This document shows positions 16,928 through 24,050 of a stretch of DNA of 35,114 bases, piece by piece (the stretch's first letter is position 1; every line of letters begins with the position of its first letter). Where the stretch lies: the IMG/VR virus record IMGVR_UViG_3300032270_000224, positions 1-35,114 of that record; one strand, written 5' to 3'. A program made the translations under genes and the position numbers. The notes under the pieces are model-generated. The model was not told the DNA's origin. It made no database searches and saw only the letters and a list, made by a program, of their open reading frames with translations. Source of the stretch: a virus (Duplodnaviria; Caudoviricetes).

Positions 16928-19243
16928 TCACTGCTCCGTCGTCAGGGGCTGCTCGTTGCTCTCAAGGCGCTGGATCATGCCGGGGTCCAGCAGGCTCTGC
17001 ACCGCCTGCTCCGCGCCGGGCACGGTCGCGATGGTCTCGGCCAGCTTGACGGCGGCCAGACGCTCGCGGCTCTCGCGGTCGCGCTTGCGGTTGATCGCGT
17101 CCATCATCGAGTCCTTTTGATCCATCTGCATTTCCTGCTGACGGGCCTGCAATTCGGCGATCTTGATCTGGTCCTCAATGGTGGGGCCCTGCGGCTGCCC
17201 GCCAGCCATGGCGCCAGCCTCCTGCATCTTGGCCGCGACTTCCTGCTGCTTGACGCCGACCATGGCGGTCTTGGCGTCGGCCTCCTGCTTCTTGATCTGC
17301 ACCATGGCCTGAGCGTACTGGACCTCCGGCGGGGGCTTGTTCTGGAGCGACGAGGGCGGCACCATGAACTGCTGGGGATTGCTCCAGCCCATCGCCTGCA
17401 AGGCGGCCGTGTCGATGGCGATAGGATCGTAGAGACTGGGGTTGCCCTGCTGGAGCTGCTTCAGGCCCATGATCTTCATCATGCGCTGAGAGTGCGAAGC
17501 CGTGTTCGGGTCGGCCTGCGGGACCAGATTGCAGTTGTCGAGCGCCGACAGGAACGTCGCCTCGTCCCACGGGTAGGCGGGCTTCTTGTTGCGCTGCCAG
17601 AAGCTCTCGGGGTTCTCGTGGAAGCAGCGGGCGAGGAGTTGGAACTCCTGCGCCTGCGCGCTGTGCATCCGCTTGTGGACGGCGTTCATAACCTTGGTGG
17701 CCTGATCAATCATGGCCAGCGTCGTGCCCACGGGCGCGTCGGCGCGGCCCTCGCCCACCTGCATCTCGCTCGTGCCGCCAACTCTCATCCCGGTTTCGGC
17801 CATATTGGAGACGAGGCTCATCAGCGAGGGGGCGGCGCCGTTGTTGTAGGGCAGGGGCATGATGGCCTGATTGATCGGCATGCCGCCGGTCTTCACCAAA
17901 GCCCCGCCGCCCGGCGGGACGCGGAAGATGTTGGTGTTCTGCCGAGCGCCATTGTCCGCCATGAGGAAGCCGGGGAAGTTGGCGTACATGCCCGAGTCGA
18001 GCAGCTCGCGCCAAGCCGCCGTGATGGCGTTGGTCGTGTTGCCGAGGATGTGGAGCAGGCCGATGTCGTAGAAGCCGAGGCCGGGGACGAAGGTGTACTT
18101 GATGAAGTTGGTGCGCGCCTCGGGGAGCGCCGCCTCGTCCTCGTCGTAGTTGCGGACGATGGACAGGACTTCGCGGGAGGACAGGTCGATGGTCACCCGG
18201 TAGGGGATCTCAAGGCCGGACTCTTTCCCCTTGTACTTGTGCTCGAAGCCGGGGATGTCCAACTCGCAGTAGACCTCGTAGATCTCGCGGTCGCGGTCCT
18301 CGGGCCGGAAGGAGCCCGCCGAGATGCCCTGCTGGGCCCGCTCCTCGCGTTGCGCCGCGTCGAGGTCGGGGTCCTTGGCCATCGGCAAGTCGACGTCGCG
18401 GTAGACGCCGAGGATCTGGAGGCGCCGGACGGTGCTTGAGCGCATCATTGAGCGGTGCGTGATCCGCTTGGCGTTGCGCAGGTCGGTCGCTGAATTGTTC
18501 ACGATGAGGTCGTCGGCGTCCACGCTCTCGGACACCGGACGCCCGCGCAGGGGGCAGAAGTAGACCTTCTTGAAGGACGTGCCGCCAAAGCCCAGCATCA
18601 ACAGCATGCGGTCGGTGTCGGGGTAATACTCGGACGCCGTGGCCGTCAGGTAGTGGTTCAGGTCGCGCTCAAGCGAGTTGGCGAGCGTGTCCTCCTCCAG
18701 AGTGCCGTTGTTGTTGTCGTCCCGGATCTTCACGGGGCCGTCGGTCGGCAGCAGCTCGCTGCGGGCGTTGGCCTGAAAGCGCAGGACGGCCTCAAGCAGG
18801 AGCGGGTGTCGGACTTTTGACATGCCCTCGACCGGGGCGCCGTCAGCCGAGCCCCCGAGGCCCGGTATCTCCAGCTTCAGGCCGAGTAGCTTGATGCCCT
18901 GCGCCCGGCCCTCGATCCAGTCGCGGCGGCTCTCGATGTCGTCCTCAATGCCCCGCAGCAGGTCGTCGGCGATGGAGCCGAGCGCGCCTTGGTCGATGTC
19001 CTCAACCAAGTTGTCGAACCATGCGCCCTTCGCCTTGCCGGGCTGATCGACGAGGCTCTTGCCGTCCATGGAGATTGAGATCGACCCGTCGTCGTGCTCA
19101 ATGCGCAGGATCGGCTCGTTGTCGTTCAACTCCGGCGCCGGGCCGTCGTCCGCCTCGATGATCACGTCTGGCGCCATGGGAATGGCCGCGTCAGGCAGGC
19201 CGGGCAGGCGGATGTTCTGGGGCGCGAGGCCGGGCAAAGGCAT
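16928..19243 (-). CDS. Portal protein
   Basis: Follows the terminase; HPLLLEAVLRFQANA, FKKVY, PGLGFY..GL, VGTTLA; Q-rich C-terminal coiled coil (P22-like barrel). True start ATG 19243 after AAGGA (771 aa). Confidence 0.85.
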   Translation of the reverse strand: MPLPGLAPQNIRLPGLPDAAIPMAPDVIIEADDGPAPELNDNEPILRIEHDDGSISISMDGKSLVDQPGKAKGAWFDNLVEDIDQGALGSIADDLLRGIEDDIESRRDWIEGRAQGIKLLGLKLEIPGLGGSADGAPVEGMSKVRHPLLLEAVLRFQANARSELLPTDGPVKIRDDNNNGTLEEDTLANSLERDLNHYLTATASEYYPDTDRMLLMLGFGGTSFKKVYFCPLRGRPVSESVDADDLIVNNSATDLRNAKRITHRSMMRSSTVRRLQILGVYRDVDLPMAKDPDLDAAQREERAQQGISAGSFRPEDRDREIYEVYCELDIPGFEHKYKGKESGLEIPYRVTIDLSSREVLSIVRNYDEDEAALPEARTNFIKYTFVPGLGFYDIGLLHILGNTTNAITAAWRELLDSGMYANFPGFLMADNGARQNTNIFRVPPGGGALVKTGGMPINQAIMPLPYNNGAAPSLMSLVSNMAETGMRVGGTSEMQVGEGRADAPVGTTLAMIDQATKVMNAVHKRMHSAQAQEFQLLARCFHENPESFWQRNKKPAYPWDEATFLSALDNCNLVPQADPNTASHSQRMMKIMGLKQLQQGNPSLYDPIAIDTAALQAMGWSNPQQFMVPPSSLQNKPPPEVQYAQAMVQIKKQEADAKTAMVGVKQQEVAAKMQEAGAMAGGQPQGPTIEDQIKIAELQARQQEMQMDQKDSMMDAINRKRDRESRERLAAVKLAETIATVPGAEQAVQSLLDPGMIQRLESNEQPLTTEQ

Positions 19244-19244
19244 G

Positions 19245-19460
19245 TTACGTTCCTTGAACTGGCGGCTCGGGCAATGCTTCCATCTCCGCGACGAAGCGGG
19301 CAATGCCTTGCTGTGCCGCGATTGTATCAGATTGGGCCATGATCTCATAGTGACGGACGAAGTCGTAGGGCGACTGGCCCCAGACCTCGACCCTGAAGTT
19401 CCCGATCCGCTTGGGCGTGTTGGGGGTGATGACATCGACGACGGCGCTGGCTTGGATCAT
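19245..19460 (-). CDS. Small hypothetical protein
   Basis: 71 aa, fills the gap between terminase and portal. Confidence 0.7.
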   Translation of the reverse strand: MIQASAVVDVITPNTPKRIGNFRVEVWGQSPYDFVRHYEIMAQSDTIAAQQGIARFVAEMEALPEPPVQGT

Positions 19461-19471
19461 GGGCTTGGCCT

Positions 19472-21157
19472 TTAGATTGGGTAGAGGGGTGCGGGGGCCG
19501 CACCGATGTGGCGGCGCCCGGCGTCGATCTCAGCCATACGCTCAGGCGCGCGGACGAGCAAGCCGGTCTCGCGCAGGTGGCGCAGGGCCATCGAGACGGT
19601 ATCGACGAGATCGTCGTGCTTGCCCTTGGGGAAGACCTCGCACTGGCGGATGACCATGTCGGCCCATTGGCGGTCGGGGGCGAAGATCATGCCCTCGGAG
19701 AAAAGATGCTGGATGGAGTAGACGCGCGCCAACTTGTCGAGCGAGCCGGGGTTGATGAGCTGGACGGCGAACTCCTCGGCCCCGTACAGGCGCCGGATCT
19801 CTTGGGCGACGGACAGGCCGCTGGCCTTGGCCTCGACGAGCAGCTTGTCCACCTTGAACTTGCGGCAGGTGCTGGCGACCTTGGCCACCAGCTCGGACAG
19901 TTCAAGGTGCTCCTGCCAAGCGCCCATGAGGAAGACGCGGGGGACGGACTCGGGGTTGTGGTCGAGCATGTCGCGGATGCGGACGCCCTCGTCGAACTTG
20001 GCGGCCTCGTCCTCGACGCTCTTGAACCGGCCCCGTGGGCTGACGAAGTTGTCCGACCGGGCGGACGTTGCGATGTCGCCCGAGAAGACGCCCCAGACCG
20101 TCATGGCGCTGGGGTCGTTCTCGGTCTTGGACGTGTAGGCCGTGTCGATGGACGCGATGATGTAGTCGAAGGCGGGGTAGCCCTCCTCCATCCACGTCTC
20201 CCACCACTGGCCCTTGATGACGCCGCCGCCCCGGGGCGTGGGCTCCTGCTGGAATTGGCCAGCCGTGGCGTAGGGGCCCATGACCTTGCTGTCGCGGTCC
20301 ACGACCTCCTGCGGGAAGCGGGCGGGGAAGAGCAGCTCGCCGTCCTCCTCGCGGGGGTCCACGATGCCCAGCTTGGTCGGGTAGACGCGGGACTTGTCGA
20401 GCATCATGGGCAACATGACGTGATCGTAGCCGAGGCGCTTGTCGAGGATGACGCCTGAAACGTCAGCCTCATGGAGCCGCTGCATGATGGTAATAATAGC
20501 CGAGCTGTCGGGGTTGTTGAGGCGGGTAGGGACCGCCTCAAGGAACCACTGGACCGTGCTCTCGCGCTGGGCGTCGGAGTTGGCGCCATCGACGCTGTGC
20601 GGGTCGTCGATGATCACGCGGTCGCCTCGGGCGCCGGTGATCGAACCGGCGGCTGCGGCCTGCCTGAAGCCTGTCGCCGTGTTCTCGAACTTGGTCTTCT
20701 GGTTCTGGTCGCCGGTGAGCGTGACGCGGTCGCCCCAGCGTTTCTGATACCACTCGGACGTGACGAGGCGGCGCATCCGCAGGCCGTCGCGGATGGACAG
20801 GTCGAGGCTGTGCGAGGCGCAGACGTAGCGCAGGTGGGGCATGTTGCGCGGCCCCCATTCCCACGCGGGCCAGAAGACGCCGCAGAGCAGGGACTTCATG
20901 GTGCCGGGCGGGACGTTGATCAGCAGGCGGTTGTACAGCTCGCCATTATCCAACTCGACGCCGTCCGTGATGGCTTCAAGGTGGGCACAAATGAAATCTA
21001 TATGCCAACCATGTTGGTACTTTTGACCGGGCTCAATGACGGCCCAAGCCTGACGCACGAAGGCGGCAAGGCTCTCCTCCGCATCGACGAGGTCAAGCTC
21101 GTAGAGCGTCTGGTCGATGTCGATCTTCTGATCGCCATATGTAATGTATCTGGCCAT
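19472..21157 (-). CDS. terL: Terminase large subunit
   Basis: Walker A-like INVPPGTMKS, Walker B VIIDDP, IMQRLH coupling motif, nuclease SIDTA...VEAKASG...FPKGKHDDLVD. Confidence 0.95.
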   Translation of the reverse strand: MARYITYGDQKIDIDQTLYELDLVDAEESLAAFVRQAWAVIEPGQKYQHGWHIDFICAHLEAITDGVELDNGELYNRLLINVPPGTMKSLLCGVFWPAWEWGPRNMPHLRYVCASHSLDLSIRDGLRMRRLVTSEWYQKRWGDRVTLTGDQNQKTKFENTATGFRQAAAAGSITGARGDRVIIDDPHSVDGANSDAQRESTVQWFLEAVPTRLNNPDSSAIITIMQRLHEADVSGVILDKRLGYDHVMLPMMLDKSRVYPTKLGIVDPREEDGELLFPARFPQEVVDRDSKVMGPYATAGQFQQEPTPRGGGVIKGQWWETWMEEGYPAFDYIIASIDTAYTSKTENDPSAMTVWGVFSGDIATSARSDNFVSPRGRFKSVEDEAAKFDEGVRIRDMLDHNPESVPRVFLMGAWQEHLELSELVAKVASTCRKFKVDKLLVEAKASGLSVAQEIRRLYGAEEFAVQLINPGSLDKLARVYSIQHLFSEGMIFAPDRQWADMVIRQCEVFPKGKHDDLVDTVSMALRHLRETGLLVRAPERMAEIDAGRRHIGAAPAPLYPI

Positions 21158-21372
21158 CAGCAGCTCAGCCCGACGCGGTCAACGAGGTACGAGTTGCCGT
21201 CCTCGTCGTAGACTTCGAACAGGGTCATGACCTCAATGTGATCCTCCTGCGAACTGAACACGAGCGTACCATCAGGTGCCTCGTAGCAGTAGCCCTCGTC
21301 GCAACTGTCCAGCTCGGGGCGGCGCAGCCAGCCGTAGGTCCAGTGGGGGCCGCAGGATTGATATGGCTTCAA
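21157..21372 (-). CDS. Small hypothetical protein
   Basis: TTG start at 21372 overlapping the upstream TGA, RBS GGGAGG; 71 aa; stop overlaps the terL ATG. Confidence 0.6.
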   Translation of the reverse strand: MKPYQSCGPHWTYGWLRRPELDSCDEGYCYEAPDGTLVFSSQEDHIEVMTLFEVYDEDGNSYLVDRVGLSC

Positions 21373-21557
21373 AGTTTCCTCCCCATGGTGACGTTCGCCT
21401 GAGCCCGAACTTCCTGATTGCGCCAAGACCAGCACTCGCCAGTGTCCTGAAACACGACCCAGACGAGATCGTGCTCGGCGCCATAATCAATGAGGACGTG
21501 CGCGAGGCCCGGCCCCTTGGGCGTCGTGACCGGCAGCGGCGGGTCGAGCCGAAGCAT
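21369..21557 (-). CDS. Small hypothetical phage protein
   Basis: 62 aa; PVTTPKG..LIDYGAEHDLVWVVF..TGECW; coupled to the terS stop. Confidence 0.7.
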   Translation of the reverse strand: MLRLDPPLPVTTPKGPGLAHVLIDYGAEHDLVWVVFQDTGECWSWRNQEVRAQANVTMGRKL

Positions 21558-22030
21558 TACCGCTCACCCGGGTCGTGCTCGATTGTTTTCCCGGCGCTCA
21601 TCAGCGCCATGCGCAGGGCGTCACGGCTGTCAGCGTCGAGCTGACGAACGTCAACGGCGCTGTTCGTGACGATGGTGATTTGCGGCGCGTCGTCGCGCTT
21701 CTCGCTGTAATCGTTCTTAAAACGGGCCGTGACTGACTTGGTCCAGACGGCGGCGTTGAACTTGTCCGCGATCATCCCAGACTTGCCAGCCTTCTCCCAC
21801 CAAGCCTGCTCGTGGACCTTCGCGCGCGTTAAAGCTGTGCGAAAATCTTCGTGCTCGTCTGTCCACCTGATCAAAGTAGCCCGATCAACATCAAGCTCCG
21901 ACGCGATCTCCGCAGGCGAGCAGCCCTTGCGTCCAAGCTCGATAACCTTCTCGCAATACTCGGGACGGTACAGCGACGGGCGCCCAACAGGTCGCTTTTC
22001 TTTTGAGGCAATCGCCTTCTTAACAGCCAT
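21557..22030 (-). CDS. terS: Terminase small subunit
   Basis: GRPSLYRPEYCEKVIELG plus HTH (PAEIASELDVDRATLIRW..EHEDF); upstream of terL; start ATG 22030 after GAGGGG. Confidence 0.85.
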   Translation of the reverse strand: MAVKKAIASKEKRPVGRPSLYRPEYCEKVIELGRKGCSPAEIASELDVDRATLIRWTDEHEDFRTALTRAKVHEQAWWEKAGKSGMIADKFNAAVWTKSVTARFKNDYSEKRDDAPQITIVTNSAVDVRQLDADSRDALRMALMSAGKTIEHDPGER

Positions 22031-22055
22031 GTTCAAGCCCCTCACATTCGCATCA

Positions 22056-22084
22056 AAGATAATCCCTCTCTGATGAAAGGACAA
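22056..22084 (-). promoter_or_regulatory. Candidate sigma70 promoter of the morphogenesis arm
   Basis: -35 TTGTCC (22084-22079), 17 nt, -10 TATCTT (22061-22056), 25 nt before the terS ATG. Confidence 0.45.
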
Positions 22085-22137
22085 TGACCCCCAGAATTGC
22101 GGGCAGAACGTCCCACTGAAATTATTTTTGAAAAAAG

Positions 22138-22189
22138 TTATCCACAGGGCTCAAACCCACTTTACAGGCGAAATATCTTCGTTTACAAG
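22138..22189 (+). promoter_or_regulatory. Early promoter 1 with upstream DnaA box and spacer operator
   Basis: TTATCCACA 22138-22146; -35 TTTACA 22161-22166; CGAA-N5-TTCG 22169-22181; -10 TACAAG 22184-22189 (17-nt spacer). Confidence 0.7.
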
Positions 22190-22236
22190 ATTAATCACGG
22201 TCGCTGATGACCTGACTGATTGATATGGAGATGAAC

Positions 22237-22554
22237 ATGACCAACGCTTTCGCCAACCAGATCAGCTACTCCGATGTCACCCCCTTCGAGGTCGTGCGCC
22301 ACGTCAGCGGCAAGACCGTAGACATCCGCGAAATGGACGCGGTGCGCTCCAACCCCGAGAACAAGCTGGGCTTCATCCCCGGTGGCTTCTGCGGTGAATG
22401 CACCAAGCAGCACGAGCAAGAGTGGACGATCACCAGCAACCCCGAGAACCGGGTTGTCCGCATCCGCCTTGGGCGCAAGGGATGGCGGGATGCTTGGGGC
22501 AACCGCTACGACATGTGCAATCAGCCCCGCCGCTTCTACGATTACAATTTCTGA
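22237..22554 (+). CDS. Early hypothetical protein
   Basis: Start at ATG 22237, 6 nt after GGAG in ATGGAGATGAACATG; 105 aa ending RFYDYNF. Confidence 0.8.
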   Translation: MTNAFANQISYSDVTPFEVVRHVSGKTVDIREMDAVRSNPENKLGFIPGGFCGECTKQHEQEWTITSNPENRVVRIRLGRKGWRDAWGNRYDMCNQPRRFYDYNF

Positions 22555-22559
22555 TCTCA

Positions 22560-22588
22560 GAGGGGGGAATTACCCCCCTCTATTTCCC
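22560..22588 (+). repeat. G6/C6 hairpin, copy 1 (terminator-like)
   Basis: GAGGGGGG-AATTA-CCCCCCTC-TATTTCCC; near-identical copy at 23598. Confidence 0.7.
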
Positions 22589-22599
22589 CCTAAAAAAAG

Positions 22600-22651
22600 T
22601 TATCCACAGGGGCCAACAGGACTAGACAAGCGAAATATCTTCGCCTAATCT
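22600..22651 (+). promoter_or_regulatory. Early promoter 2 with upstream DnaA box and spacer operator
   Basis: TTATCCACA 22600-22608; -35 TAGACA 22623-22628; CGAAATATCTTCG 22631-22643; -10 TAATCT 22646-22651 (17-nt spacer). Confidence 0.75.
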
Positions 22652-22697
22652 GTTTCTACGGTCACAGACCGAATCACTTAACCAGATGGAGATCGAC

Positions 22698-22976
22698 ATG
22701 GAAATCCGCTTCTTCGCCCTCAACGAGTACACCCCCTCCCTGAGCATCGTCTGCGGCGGCGAGGGCCTCTGGGACCAGATGTGCGAGGCGATTGCTGACC
22801 ACGTCCTCGGCGCCGACCCCTACTCCGAGACCGCCGCCCGCGACCTGATTGACCTCGTCGAGATGGAGAGCACGGACGGCGCCGAGTACGTCGAGGCCAT
22901 CTACCTCAACGGCAAGCTTGTCGGCTCGGTCGGCGCCCCCTTCTGGTACGCCCCCAGCGAGTACATCAAGCTCTGA
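22698..22976 (+). CDS. Early acidic hypothetical protein
   Basis: Start after ATGGAGATCGAC; 92 aa, strongly acidic. Confidence 0.75.
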   Translation: MEIRFFALNEYTPSLSIVCGGEGLWDQMCEAIADHVLGADPYSETAARDLIDLVEMESTDGAEYVEAIYLNGKLVGSVGAPFWYAPSEYIKL

Positions 22977-22997
22977 ACCCAAATTATGGAGATCGAC

Positions 22998-23180
22998 ATG
23001 ACCACCAACTACAAAATCATCGTAAGCTTCAACGTCCACTCCCCCCACAAGAGCTGGGACTGGTGCGCGGTCACCGACGACTATGACGGGCAGGAGGACG
23101 ATCCGATTGGCTACGGCGCCACGGCGCTGGAGGCCATCGAGATCCTGATGGATCAATTAAATGACCGGGAGGCGAAATAA
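22998..23180 (+). CDS. Early acidic hypothetical protein
   Basis: Start after ATGGAGATCGAC; 60 aa; WDWCAVTDDYDG..DPIGYGAT..EAI. Confidence 0.75.
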   Translation: MTTNYKIIVSFNVHSPHKSWDWCAVTDDYDGQEDDPIGYGATALEAIEILMDQLNDREAK

Positions 23181-23194
23181 TTTCACAAACCCAG

Positions 23195-23224
23195 TTGACA
23201 GGCGAAACGCTTTCGCGGTATTGA
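23195..23224 (+). promoter_or_regulatory. Early promoter 3 (consensus -35, no DnaA box)
   Basis: TTGACA 23195-23200; CGAAACGCTTTCG 23203-23215; -10-like TATTGA 23219-23224. Confidence 0.7.
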
Positions 23225-23272
23225 ATAACTACGGTCGAGATAGAGACCGGAACGAACCAGATGGAGATTGAC

Positions 23273-23590
23273 ATGACCGCTTCCAACATCGCCACCCTCG
23301 TAGACGACGCCGCCGTTCTCAACAACGAGATCAAGATCCTGACTGCCAAGCTTGACGCCATCAAAGAGCAGTTCAAACAGGTTGGCGTGGGCGAATACGA
23401 AGGCCACCTCGCCACCATCACCATCCGCCAGAACAAGGACACCGAGGGATTTGACTACAAGAAAGCCTTCGAACATGTGTCCGAGCACATTTCTTCGCAG
23501 CTTCTGACCGCCACCAAAAAGAAGTTCGCCACGGTCAAGGCTGGCGCCAAAGTCATGAACATCGACCTGAAACTGGCGGTTGCCGCCTAA
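23273..23590 (+). CDS. Early hypothetical protein with N-terminal coiled coil
   Basis: Start after ATGGAGATTGAC; 105 aa ending LKLAVAA. Confidence 0.8.
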   Translation: MTASNIATLVDDAAVLNNEIKILTAKLDAIKEQFKQVGVGEYEGHLATITIRQNKDTEGFDYKKAFEHVSEHISSQLLTATKKKFATVKAGAKVMNIDLKLAVAA

Positions 23591-23597
23591 TCATCCC

Positions 23598-23626
23598 GAG
23601 GGGGGAAATACCCCCCTCAATTTCCC
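23598..23626 (+). repeat. G6/C6 hairpin, copy 2 (terminator-like)
   Basis: GAGGGGGG-AAATA-CCCCCCTC-AATTTCCC. Confidence 0.7.
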
Positions 23627-23649
23627 ACACCCACCAAATGGAGATCGAC

Positions 23650-23847
23650 ATGCACAAGCTCATCGACGCCTACCGCAAGGACCCCACGGACATGAACGCC
23701 CTCAAGCTGGCGCATCACGCCAAAAAGCACCCCATGAGCATCTGCCTCCTGAGCGTGGCCGACGCCGCCCTGATCGGCAAGGCCCGGGAGCAGCTTGCGC
23801 CCCACGTCGAGAAGCTGAACGCCATCGTGATCGGGGAGTTCATCTAA
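23650..23847 (+). CDS. Early hypothetical protein
   Basis: Start after ATGGAGATCGAC; 65 aa. Confidence 0.75.
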   Translation: MHKLIDAYRKDPTDMNALKLAHHAKKHPMSICLLSVADAALIGKAREQLAPHVEKLNAIVIGEFI

Positions 23848-24050
23848 TGCCCCACCCCGTCCACACCTCGCTCAATAGAGACGGCACCTTCTCCGTCTAC
23901 TACTTCGACCGTCTGATAGGATACCTCGCCAAGGGCTCCATGAGGGCCAAGGGCAGGCCCATCTGGCGGGCGCTATCCGTCCACGGGGATTTGCGCCACG
24001 CCCACTCACAAGCCTCCGCACGGGCCGCGCTGCTGGAGATGAGCCATTGA
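23847..24050 (+). CDS. Early hypothetical protein
   Basis: ATG overlaps the upstream TAA (TAATG), RBS GGGGAG; MPHPVHTSLNRDGTFSVYYFDRLIG..., 67 aa. Confidence 0.7.
   Translation: MPHPVHTSLNRDGTFSVYYFDRLIGYLAKGSMRAKGRPIWRALSVHGDLRHAHSQASARAALLEMSH

Noticed and set aside
19244-19435. 64-aa N-terminal extension of the portal in the ORF track
   Set aside because: Overlaps the 71-aa gene; the RBS supports ATG 19243.
10168-21211. Long plus-strand ORFs (e.g. 10168..11457, 14581..16125, 16895..18439, 19508..20458)
   Set aside because: Antisense shadows of GC3-rich minus-strand genes; no recognisable motifs.
22090-23260. CtrA boxes (TTAA-N7-TTAA) in early promoters
   Set aside because: Only isolated TTAA half-sites were found.
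22138-23626. CRISPR array or integron attC array
   Set aside because: Repeats are promoter, RBS and hairpin parts with gene-sized irregular spacing; no cas1/cas2 or integron integrase; no attC core sites recognised.
22225-23652. MEIDM as a shared N-terminal signal peptide
   Set aside because: The GGAG inside the repeat is ideally spaced for the last ATG and the first ATG has no SD; treated as an RBS repeat, although dual starts are not excluded.
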